DNA from: Octopus sinensis
Lineage: Eukaryota
NCBI RefSeq assembly: GCF_006345805.1
Contig: NC_043000.1
Location: forward strand, 74,152,001 to 74,216,000
Length of the DNA stretch: 64,000 bases
Direction of reading: 5' to 3'
A program made the position numbers and the translations under genes. Shown here piece after piece: positions 11,239-22,032 of this stretch. The stretch's first letter is position 1. Each line of letters starts with the position of its first letter. Below the pieces are notes generated by a model that made no database searches, was not told the DNA's origin, and saw only the letters and a program-made list of their open reading frames with translations.

Positions 11239-12248
11239 CCCTTTCGTTACTATATTTCTGACCAAAATACACCCCTTATGTGTTTTTTATTTATCAATAT
11301 ATTAATGATATTTTTGGAAGATAATTGAATGAAGTGTTCTCAACCAATTCTATACTATAATTTTTGTCACAAAGTGACTCTAATTGCAGGTAGATACAGG
11401 TAAATTCAACAAAATATAAAATTATTAAAATTTTGTTCAAACATCGCTATAGAAAATGGGTTATTAGCTAATATTCAATTGGGTATACAACAAAATTTTA
11501 CGATAGAATTTGTTATTCTGGGTAACTTTCTGATACCCATAATAATATTTATGGCAAAATAATCTTAATTTCATTTAAGGTTGTGGGAAACCACTAACTA
11601 TCCTTTCTTTCGTTTTGTTTACATTTAGCGTAACGGTTCGTTTCCGCCGTAATGATTTCAAATAGGCTCATTCGAAAAAGTAAAAAGAAATAGTCTAAGG
11701 CTTTACTCTCCTGGGAAAGTCTGTGGCTTGGTCCAGTTTCTTCAGAAAAATCACCGAAAGAAACAGTTTTTCAATTTTCACTCCATTCAGGTGCCAATTC
11801 ATTTTCTTTATCGCTGTCGGAGCTCTCGGATTCACTGTTTTCACTTTCGGAAAATGAAACATCAGATTCATTATCAAATACCACGTGCTTTTTTTTTTTC
11901 AGTCATAGAGTTAGATTTATGAAGGTCTTCAGTAGAAAATCCTTCGAATTCTACCTCGCTGCTTGATATGATGAAATTCGTATCCATTTTTTGTCAGAAT
12001 TACAAAGTTTGAAAACACAATAGGAACAAATTTTGGAAAAAAATCTCCCAAAATTCACGGAATTAAAATTACACTTCGATTGTTGTACAAAACTGTAGAT
12101 GAACTGTTTACGAAGTATAATCACGTGTTTTCACGAATGTAATAAAGAGATTTGCTCTGATATTCTCATTTAAATATGAATAGGTAAATAAGGGCGGTTT
12201 GGTCACATTAACCAAAATTTTTTTCGGGCGGCTTTGGTAACGAAAGGG
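11239..12248 (-). mobile_element. piggyBac internal-deletion derivative
   Basis: TIRs CCCTTTCGTTAC, right flank TTAA (left TGAA). The minus strand carries a decayed transposase N-terminus (SSEVEFEGFS, ALDYF, EIITAETNRYA, TTLNEIK, IIMGIRKLP). Confidence 0.85.
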
Positions 12249-13002
12249 TTAAAAGTGCTGGCAAGTTTGCATGACTATTTTTTTCCTCAAATGAAAGGCG
12301 TCACCTCTAGGACAAAATTCCTCATCTTATAAAATGTGGCCGCAGTAGACCAGAATTAAATCGGGTTATATTAACCAAAAGGTGAAAAGGGGTATAAATG
12401 GGGCTGGAAGGGGATTAAAATTTAAAGGAGCGAGTGTTTAAGAATTCTCTGTTACATCAAGCTAAAAAATTTGCGCCAGCCTTTTAATCTTCAATGTCCA
12501 TGATGAAGAGGTTTTGAATGCTTGCCATGGTGAGTCTACTGTCGTGAGAAAGAATCACTTCAAAACTTGGTGTTTACGAATTTTCTTTTACATCAAGTTC
12601 AAAATTTTACGCCAGCCATTAAACTGTCAATACGTTGCTGTCCGTCGTTAAAAAATGCCAGTCATGGTGACTCTCCTATTCTCAGATTCCATCCCTTCAA
12701 ACTTTGGTTTCCAATATTTTATTATTTTTATTCAGCTCGCAAGTTCGTCTGTCCCTTTTATATGTTAGCGTTTTGCTGTCTGCCTTGAAGCAGACCTTTC
12801 CGTTGCCACTGCCTGATATTTATGATTGATCTTTTTAAATATTTTATTTCTCAACTTACTCAAGATCTTTTGTTGTTTATAAAAGGGAGAGAGATAGATA
12901 AAGATAGAGAGTAAGAGAAAGCGAGGGAGAGTCCGAGAGAAAAGAAAAGTAAGAGAGTGGGAAAGTGAGAGAGAAAGGAGAGAGAAACAAAGAGGGAGAA
13001 TC

Positions 13003-13305
13003 ATCATCATCGTTTAACGTCCGTTTTCCGTCCTAGCACGGGTTGGACAGTTTGACCGGGGTCTGGGAAGCCAGGAGGCTGCACCAGGCTCCAGTCTGAT
13101 CTGGAAGTGTTTCTACAGGTGGATGACCTTCCTAACGCCAACCACTCTGTGAGTGTAGTGGGTGATTTATTCGTGCCGCCGGCACAGGTGCCAGGGGGGC
13201 TCGCAGCGGCAACGATCGGTTGGTACTTTTTACGTGCCACCGGCACAGAAGCAAGTCAAGGCGGCGCTGCAATCAGCCACGTTCGGATGGTGCTTTTTAC
13301 GTGCT
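13003..13305 (-). mobile_element. RTE 3' UTR fragment with (GAT)n tail
   Basis: catcatcatcgtttaacgtccg...cttcctaacgccaaccac, as at 10190. Confidence 0.75.
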
Positions 13306-13359
13306 GAAAGGAAGCAACAGAAAGTAACAACCATGCGTAGAGCGGGTCACCTTCAGCTA

Positions 13360-13409
<50 letters not shown>

Positions 13410-13605
13410 TATACACCTGAGTGATGTACCTACAATGGATGCTGTCCAAAAACTAAAAACTAATAAAAGAATATTTCACACATAAACACATATATATCTA
13501 TTTGTATCGGTGTGTATATACACACACAAGATTAAAAACTAAAGAATATGAAAACTAAAAGAATATATCACACACATTTTATTTGATTTGTGTAAAAAAA
13601 AATCA

Positions 13606-14499
13606 GGTAAAATTACAGATTAACACCTGCACGATTTTCACTAAAAAAAAAAAAAAAAACTCGGATTTTTTGCGTGGGATCAAGTACCCTGACCTCCTAA
13701 TATGCTGCAAATCCCATATTTTGGTCCGGAATTGCTCCGGAAAGGGGGGGGGTAACACCCCCCCCCCGGAATTTTCACAAGGAAGAAGAAAAAACCTCAG
13801 ATTTCTTGCGTGGAATCAAGTACCCTGACCTCCTAATATGCTGCAAATCCCATATTTTGGTCCGGAAAGGGGGGGGGTAAACACCACCCCCCGGAATTTT
13901 CACAAGGAAAAAAAAAATCAGATTTTTTGCGCGGAATCAAGTAACTTAACCTCCTAATATGCTGCAAATCCCATATTTTGGTCCGGAATTGCTCCGGAAA
14001 GGGGGGGGGGGTAACCCCTCCCCCGGAATTTTCACAAGGAAAAAAAAAATAACATATCAATAATTTAGAAAAGAAACATTTCTAGAAAATAGTAAATTGA
14101 AGTGTCAACAAATTATTGGGCAAAATTGAAGTGTGAACAAATCATTGGGCAAAAGAAGATTTGGCATACTGTCATGCTTTTAGCTGTCAGAAGTGAAAGT
14201 CGTCAACTTCGTGTATTTGCGTCAGGTTCGCTGTTAGGCTTATAAAACAATTGAAGTTCAGTTAAAAGTTTATAAATAAATACATTTCATTCCATGTTCT
14301 GTTTAAACTTTATAATAAATATATTCTTGCAGTGTGTGTATATGTGGCTATATGTCTGACTAATGTGTGTGTCTGTATTTATTGTATGTGTGTATAAGTA
14401 GTTATATGCTTATATTATCCATTATAGTAATATTTCTGTTGAAACCTGTTTTAAGGCGGTCAATAGTTTAATTAAAGATGTATCTATACATGTATATAT

Positions 14500-14532
<33 letters not shown>

Positions 14533-14580
14533 TAATATATTATAATATATATATACAGGTGTATATATACATGTGTATAC

Positions 14581-14628
<48 letters not shown>

Positions 14629-14671
14629 TATATATACACATGTCTATATATATACACATGTATATATAAAT

Positions 14672-14716
<45 letters not shown>

Positions 14717-15587
14717 AGATACATCTTTAATTAAACTATTGACCGCCTTAAAACAGGTTTCAACAGACAAATATTACTATAATGGATAATATAAGCATAT
14801 AACTACTTATACACACATACAATAAATACAGACACACACATTAGTCAGACATATAGCCACATATACACACACTGCAAGAATATATTTATTTATAAAGTTT
14901 AAACAGAACATGGAATGAAATGTATTTATTTATAAACTTTAAACTGAACTTCAATTGTTTTATAAGCCTAACAGCGAACCTGACGCAAATACACGAAGTT
15001 GACGACTTTCACTTCTGACAGCTAAAAGCATGACAGTATGCCAAATCTTCTTTTGCCCAATGATTTGTTCACACTTCAATTTTGCCCAATAATTTGTTGA
15101 CACTTCAATTTACTATTTTCTAGAAATGTTTCTTTTCTAAATTATTGATATGTTATTTTTTTTTCCTTGTGAAAATTCCGGGGGAGGGGGTTACCCCCCC
15201 TTTCCGGAGCAATTCCGGACCAAAATATGGGATTTGCAGCATATTAGGAGGTCAAGTTACTTGATTCCGCGCAAAAAATCTGATTTTTTTTCCTTGTGAA
15301 AATTCCGGGGAGGGGGGGGGTTACCCCCCCCCTTTCCGGACCAAAATATGGGATTTGCAGCATATTAGGAGGTCAGGGTACTTGATTCCACGCAAGAAAT
15401 CTGAGGTTTTTTTCTTCTTCCTTGTGAAAATTCCGGGGGGGGGGTTACCCCCCCCCCCCTTTCCGGACCAAAATATGGGATTTGCAGCATATTAGGAGGT
15501 CAGGGTACTTGATCCCACGCAAAAAATCCGAGTTTTTTTTTTTTTTTCTTAGTGAAAATCGTGCGCGTGTTAATCTGTAATTTTACC
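13606..15587. repeat. ~2 kb near-perfect palindrome (foldback-like), each arm with three ~115-125 bp G/C-run subrepeats, centred on (TA)n
   Basis: 13606-14600 is the reverse complement of ~14620-15587, including a unique ~430 bp segment. Confidence 0.9.
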
Positions 15588-15662
15588 AAAAATCATATAC
15601 ATTGTTCTAAGAAATAATTTATTTACTTTCTTTAAAAAATTCTTTTATTTTAGTCTGTAAAA

Positions 15663-15755
15663 ACAACTCATTTGCATACGCGCAAGTCGTTGTAGGATCG
15701 ACTACTTACGACTAGCTAGCGCGATTGCGCGCACCGGGTCCAATCTTCACTAGTA
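15663..15755 (+). promoter_or_regulatory. CpG-rich promoter-like module with octamer ATTTGCAT (right copy), upstream of NCAPG2
   Basis: 60/61 identity to the reverse complement of 6808-6868 and 23/26 to that of 6739-6764; ~750 bp upstream of the NCAPG2 ATG. Confidence 0.55.
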
Positions 15756-16498
15756 CCCGAATGGTTTCAGTAGTTTTAACAGAAAGATATGGAAGAATTA
15801 GATGAAAGTTCTCCGGTAATTTTCTTTCATGTAAATAAATGTTAATGTTAATTATACACGCTCCATGTTTAAACGTCGCCCAAGTTCTCCTGGGGTGAAA
15901 TAAAAATAAACATAATTTCAATCGATTGTAGTTCTTAAAATTGATGTTTTTTAAAAGTTGTTTCTACGTTTTCATTTAATCATTTATATTATATAATTTT
16001 AAAATGTTTTTCTTTCCTTGAAGTTCCTATTCAAATGCTTGTAAGGTAACCGAAAGCTTTTTCTTTCAAAATTAAAGTAAACAGTATTTTGTTTACGTTT
16101 CGGTATTTCAAGTAAACCTTGATATTTTTATACTCTCCCATTTTCTAGAAATACACTGCGCGTCACTCACGAATATTTTTAATCATGCAATATTTCTAAT
16201 AAATTTTGGGTAAACTGTAATTCAATCATGCACTCTGTCCGAAATGTTAGATACTTTTTTTTCTCTTTTTAAAAGCAAACCAATACACCCCCCCCTTTTT
16301 TTTAACTGCACTGTATCTTACCATCTAACCCTCAACTAATTTCTCGAATGATTTAACAACGTATTATGATCAGCATTGAACTACTTCCGCATGTAGCGAG
16401 TTTTAACAAGTAAATCTCGTCTCATTACGAGATAACGTTTGTGTTGGCGCCATTTACAATTTCAGCTGTTGTGATTTTGTCAACGTATTTTTTGCAAA

Positions 16499-16576
16499 AT
16501 GGTTATGCGAAATCAACTAACTGCTATAGCCGCGAAAGAGGATCCGCTACAGCTTGTTGCTTTTATGATACAAACC
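16499..16576 (+). CDS. NCAPG2: Condensin-2 complex subunit G2, first coding exon (MVMRNQLTAIAAKEDPLQLVAFMIQT)
   Basis: ATG, GTAAAT donor in phase 0 matching the next exon. Aligns in register with the recalled vertebrate N-terminus MEKRETFVQAVSKELVGEFLQF (R4, K13-E14, F22 shared). Confidence 0.65.
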
Positions 16577-16959
16577 GTAAATACCTTTTATTCTGTCTAA
16601 AGCATACTCTTTGTATTTTTCATTTGATGAATTTTAAAATATTTATACAATAATTTTCTGTAACAATATCTAGTTTGTCAAAATTACTAGGTGCCTTGCT
16701 TCAATTAATGATTATTCTAAAACTTTCCAATAGTTTGAATGATTTTAAATTTGGATTGCTTACTTTAAAACGATGAAACTCTATTTTGTATTAATGCATT
16801 GGCACACGTCAGCGATAGGTAGCACACACAGTTTGAATTTCTCCATTTTGACGAGTTTTTTCAGATTTTTTGACTGTGGCCTTGGAAATGATGGGGAGCA
16901 TCTTATTAGAAAAGAAAAGTTTTCGAAAAATGATGATTTTTGTTTTGGTTAATATAAAG

Positions 16960-17830
16960 ATCTCGGTCAAACTAAAGGGTTTGACCCCAGCAAAAACAAA
17001 GGAAAAATATAGTGTAATAGGTGTAAAACAACTTGCAAACGAATAGGAAAATAAAGGCATTCCTTCGATATAACTCGACAAAATCAAAACATTTCACTTC
17101 GAGTATTTCCGTGGGTTGTGGAGCATAGATATAACGAAATTATGCCAGCAATTTTAAACTTGAAGAAAAAAATCCTTGCATATTTGTTCTTACCTGTTTC
17201 ATGTGTGTATGTAAAATCCGCAAATTTCCAAGCAGGAAACAGAATCGAACTGTCATTTGCTTCCACGGAAATACCCGGTGAAATGTTGGTTAATATAGGG
17301 CGTAACAAATATCAGAAAATCAAATACCCGGGCACCAAAACAAAAAAAAAATAGTGTAATATGTGTAAAACAACTTGCTCTAAACGAATATGACAAAAAA
17401 AAAATGCGCTCTCGCGAAAGAGGGGTGGGGGAGAGGCCTCGGAATATTTATATCGGGAATTTCCGAAAGCGTCTGAACCGGGCACAAAAACAAAAACAGC
17501 GTAATAGGTGTAAAACAACTTGCTCTAAACGACTATCATGAAAAAAATGCGCGCTCGCGAAAGGGGGGTGGGGGAGAGGCTTCGGAAATTTCACATCTTC
17601 AGTCCACGGCCTTTAAACTAAGAAAAAATAGTGTAATTGGTGTAAAACTACTTGTTCTAAACGAGTATCAAGAACACACACTCACACATGAATCATAAAC
17701 TCCGTATTTCGCAAAAAAAAATAAAGAGAAGAAATTCATATTCGTTCATAGGAAGTTGTTTTACACCTATTATACACATTTTTTTTTTGATTTTCTGATA
17801 TTTGTTACGCCCTATATTAACCGAAATGTT
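16960..17830. repeat. Subrepeat-rich non-coding element with direct and inverted ~40-bp modules, interrupted by a MITE
   Basis: Module aaaatagtgtaatawgtgtaaaacaacttgc occurs about 4 times direct and once inverted (17750-17790); ttaatatagggcgtaacaaatatcagaaaa is at 17291 and inverted at ~17790-17820. Confidence 0.55.
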
Positions 17831-17831
17831 T

Positions 17832-18248
17832 AGATCTTTTCGGTTTGAACGGCAGTTTTTTAAAATAATTTCCACGTAACTAAACACTTTTAAACTTTGT
17901 ATACTGGTAGAATGTGTTTATAAATCATTTTTTTCTCTTGGCTTTATTTAGAAAATTCTAGTTTGTAAGATATTTTTTGTCTTTTTTCTTCAATTTCTGC
18001 AATTTCAACCAATCAATGACGTCTATTGAGGTGAAAGCTTTCTGTGCCGTATGAATATGTCCCTCGTTTAAGAAACAGATTGGGTTTATTTATATTTGTG
18101 AAGAAAAAGATACCCTTCTCCCCACCCCTAACTCTAACCGTAACCAACCCTAACCCTAAAACAGATTGAAATGCAATAGGTCATAATTATGGGTGACAAT
18201 TTCATATGACACCGCTAGGAAAAACTGCCGTTCAAACCGAAAAGATCC
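17832..18248. mobile_element. Second copy of the GGATC-TIR MITE, with 8-bp TSD and CCCTAA repeats
   Basis: TSD AAATGTTT at 17824-17831 and 18249-18256; high similarity to 5859-6270. Confidence 0.85.
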
Positions 18249-18397
18249 AAATGTTTTGATTTTGTTGAGTTATATCGAAAGACTGTAAAAAAAAAAAAAA
18301 GAAAAAAAAAAGCGCGCTGACGACACTAGGAGAGGACTTTGGAAAAATTCACAAGATTTGATTTGTCCGTCAAAGCTTCCGGTAAAATGGATATATA

Positions 18398-18590
18398 CTC
18401 TTTTACTTGTTTCAGTCATTTGACTGCGGCCATGCTGGAGCACCGCCTTTTAGTCGAGCAAATCGACCCCGGGACTTATTCTTTGTAAGCCCAGTACTTA
18501 TTCTATCGGTCTCTTTTGCCAAACCGCTAAGTGTCGGCGACGTAAACACACCAGCATCGGTTGTCAAGCAATGCTAGGGGGACAAACATA
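18398..18590 (-). mobile_element. 3' half of tRNA-head SINE
   Basis: Reverse complement matches 49751-49955 and 21225-21373. Confidence 0.85.
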
Positions 18591-19112
18591 TACACACATA
18601 TATATATATACATACTGGCAGTATCGCTCGGGTTTGTAAGGGAAATAACTATAAAGCATTTTTAGAGAGTTATAGCCAAAAAATGGGAAAAAATTATGGT
18701 AAATTTTTTTTTGAGAGTTAAAACGGTCAAGTTGCGTCCCCTAGACAGTCTGTGGTTTGTGTTTCTGATTCTCGACCCCATGTTGAATTTATCGATTCTT
18801 TTCAGAACTGGGGGAACTTTTCAAAATTTTCGCTGCGTTAGTTTTGAATTATGACATTGGGCTATGTGTGTGTCAAGTTTCATCAGAATCGGTTGAAAGC
18901 CATGGTCAGGGTGAGGGTACAACCTGACAGACACACAGACAAACTGGTAAATTTTTTGAGTAACGCCCGCACGATTTTCACTAAAAAAAAAAGAAAAAAA
19001 TTTCCGAAGCCTCCACTTCATCCCACCCAGTTTTATGGACCCCAAAAAGCATATTACGTCAGAGTACTTGATTGCATGCAAAATATTATATATATCTATA
19101 TATATATCTATC

Positions 19113-19152
<40 letters not shown>

Positions 19153-19179
19153 TATAATATAAGTATATGAATATATATA

Positions 19180-20790
19180 TCATCATCGTTTAACATCCGC
19201 TTTCCATGCTAGCATGGCTTGGACGATTTAACTGAGGTCTGGCAAACCAGATGGCTGCACTAGACTCCAATCTCATCTGGCAGAGTTCCTATAGCTGGAT
19301 GCCCTTCCTAACACCAACCACATCCATCCTCACCACATGGCCATACCAGCGCAGTCGTCTCTCTTGCACATCACATCTGATGCTTCTTAGGTCCAACTTT
19401 TCTCTCAAGGTACTAACACTCTGTCGAGTATGCACATTGACATTACACATCCATCGGCACATACTGGCTTCATTCCTTGTGAGCTTACGCATGTCCTCAG
19501 CAGTCACGGCCCATGTTTTACTGCCATGTAGTATGGCTGTTCGTACACATTCCTCATACAGCCTACCTTTTACTCTGCATGAGAGGCCCTTTGTCACCGG
19601 CAGAGGTAAGAGCTCTCAGAACTTTGCCCAGGCTATTCTTATTCTAGCAGCTACACTTTCAGTGCACCCTCTCCTGCTACTGACTTGGTCACCTAGGTAA
19701 CAGAAGCTATCAACTACTTTTAGTTTTTCTCCCTGGAATGTGGCGGAAGTTGTTCTCTGTACATTTTCAGTGTTTATTGCTCCTGAGCATCTGCCACATA
19801 CGAAAACTATCCTTCCAGTTAGCCTTCCTTTGATATTGCTGCACCTTTTACGTGTCCATAGCTTACACTAGGTACATATAGATACCAACGCCTTTTCTAC
19901 AGATCGAGTGGGGCCATCTACCTGAAGGGATTTGTGGTTTGCCTCTGCCCTCCTACTTATTAGGACTTTGGTTCTAGCCCTTTGATTCTAATCCTTGTTT
20001 CCATACTTGAAACTTCTCCTCTAGTTCTGTTAGTGACTCAGCAGTTAGAGCAAGGTTGTCAGCATAGAGGAGCTCCCAGGGGCATCCTGTCTTGAATTCC
20101 TCCATTATTGCCTGGAGGATTATGATAAATAGGAGGGGGCTAAGGACTGAACCTTGGTGGACCTCTACCTCTACCCAGAATTCTTCACTGTACTCGTTGC
20201 CAACCCTCACCTTACTGACAGCGTCCCTGTACATGGTTTGCACAGCTCTCACTAACCATTCATCTATCCCTAGTTTCCTTATTGACCACCAGATAAGGGA
20301 TTGGGGGACCTTGTCAAAGGCTTTCTCCATGTCAACAAAAACCAGGTACAGAGGTTTATCTTTGGCTAGGTATTTCTCCTGCAGCTGTCTAACCAGAAAT
20401 ATAGCATCAGTGGTGCTTTTCCCTGGCACAAACCCAAACTACATCTCATCTAAACTGACTCTCTCCCTAATTAGTTGGGCTATGACCCTCTCTGTGACCT
20501 TCATTACCTGATCCAACAGCTTGATACCTCTAATTATTTGTATCTAAAGCGTCACCTTTACCTTTGTAGCAGTTGACTATTATGCTGCTACACCAGTCAT
20601 TGGGTATGACTCCTTCGTGTATCACCTAGTTAACTATACGGGTGACTAGGCTATAGCCAACACTGCAAGGTATTTTGAGCATCTCTGCAGTAACTCCTGA
20701 TGGATCGGGGGCTTTCTCTGCCTTCATACTCTTGATTGCTTTATCTACCAAGGTACTGTCAACTCGGATAGCTGGTCCCTCTGTTGGGTT
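19180..20790 (-). mobile_element. RTE-clade LINE fragment (RT domain, internally deleted 3' end, (GAT)n tail)
   Basis: PGKSTTDAIFLVRQLQEKY...FVDMEKAFD...VHQGSVLSPLLF...LLYADNL and RRLRWYGHV. Confidence 0.9.
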
Positions 20791-21032
20791 GGCATTCGGC
20801 AGACTCTCTTTCTCCTATTCATTTTCTTTATTCAGCAAACTTTCATAGTGGCGTCTCCAAACCTCTCTCTTTGCAGCCTCATTTAGTACAAGAGAACCAT
20901 CATCCATGTGGACACATTTTTCTCCTACAACATCACAATTCTCTCTCACACACTATATACCATGCTAGCGACCCATGCTGGCATGGAAAGCGGACTTTAA
21001 ACAATGATGATGATAATATACTATTTCAAAAT

Positions 21033-21373
21033 AGGCGCAGGAGTGGCTGTGTGGTAAGTAACTTGCTTACCAACTACATGGTTCCAGGTTCAGTCCCACT
21101 GCGTGACACCTGTGGCAAGTGTCTTCTACTATAGGCTCGGGCCGATCAAAGCCTTGTGAGTGGATTTGGTAGACGGAAACTGAAAGAAGCCCGTCGTATA
21201 TATATATATATGTTTGTGTATCTGTGTTTGTCCCCCCCCCAACATCACTTGATAACTAAGTGGAATAGAATAAGTACTAGGCTTACAAAGAATAAGTCAT
21301 GGGTTCGATTTACATAACTAAAGGCAGTGCTCCAGCATGGCCACAGTCAAATGACTGAAACAAGTAAAAAGAG
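21033..21373 (+). mobile_element. Full-length tRNA-derived SINE with internal (TA)/(TG) microsatellite
   Basis: Pol III box A-like TGGCTGTGTGG and box B-like GGTTCAGTCCC; 3' tail ...cagcatggccacagtcaaatgactgaaac. Confidence 0.85.
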
Positions 21374-21490
21374 TATATAATTATATATACATACATATTA
21401 TATATATATAACAAAGAGGAGTTGTAAGGTACCACACGAGTTGAATTATATATGAAAGGTTTGAAAATGCAATTTTAAAAGATGTTTATT

Positions 21491-21533
21491 TACTTTACCG
21501 GTTTCACTTTTCAGAAAAAGATTGTCAAAAGTA
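21491..21533 (-). ncRNA. Degenerate hammerhead with U3-A8 core variant
   Basis: TACTT-TTGACAA-t-CTTTT-tctg-AAAAG-t-GAAA-CCGG-TA-AAGTA: 5-bp stem I and palindromic ACCGGT stem III. Confidence 0.5.
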
Positions 21534-21565
21534 ACATGTAAAAGTCTGGTTGTGTTAATTATTGG

Positions 21566-22010
21566 TTGTCACAAAATGCTACAATACATATATAGTCTTT
21601 GGTAACAAGAACATGTTAAGGATATAAAAAAGTTTAACAAGTTCATTAAAATATTGGGCACAAAGGATTACAACATATATATACATTCTCAAGAAAATGC
21701 TAAAGATAGTTTCCAGATGGAATTATTAAAATGTTCAGTGGAATATATTGGTATTGTATCTGTATATACATACATGCACAGAATATTGGTTGTCACAAAA
21801 TACTACAATACATTCTTTGGTAACAAGAACATGTTAAGAACATAAAAGAGTTTAAAAAGTTCATTAAAATATTGGGCACAAAGAATTACAACATATATAT
21901 ACATTCTCAAGAAAATGTTAAAGATAGTTTCCAGAAGGTATTATTAAAAAGTTCTGTGGAATATATTGGTATTGTATCTGTATATTCATACATGTACAGA
22001 ATATTATGAG
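21566..22010. repeat. Tandem duplication of a ~225-bp AT-rich unit (probable PLE 3' region)
   Basis: gttgtcacaaaat...cagaatatt occurs twice, adjacent to the hammerhead at 21491. Confidence 0.7.
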
Positions 22011-22032
22011 TTCAAAAAAGTTTACATAGTAG

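Noticed and set aside
15789-15815. MEELDESSP as the NCAPG2 N-terminal coding exon
   Set aside because: Splicing to the nearest good acceptor meets an in-frame TGA before the conserved start; kept only as a possible uORF.
18120-18165. True telomere or chromosome fusion site
   Set aside because: Only a few degenerate CCCTAA units, internal to a TSD-flanked MITE.
21033-21110. tRNA gene
   Set aside because: Only A/B-box-like motifs with no full cloverleaf; it continues into a SINE body and recurs as decayed copies.
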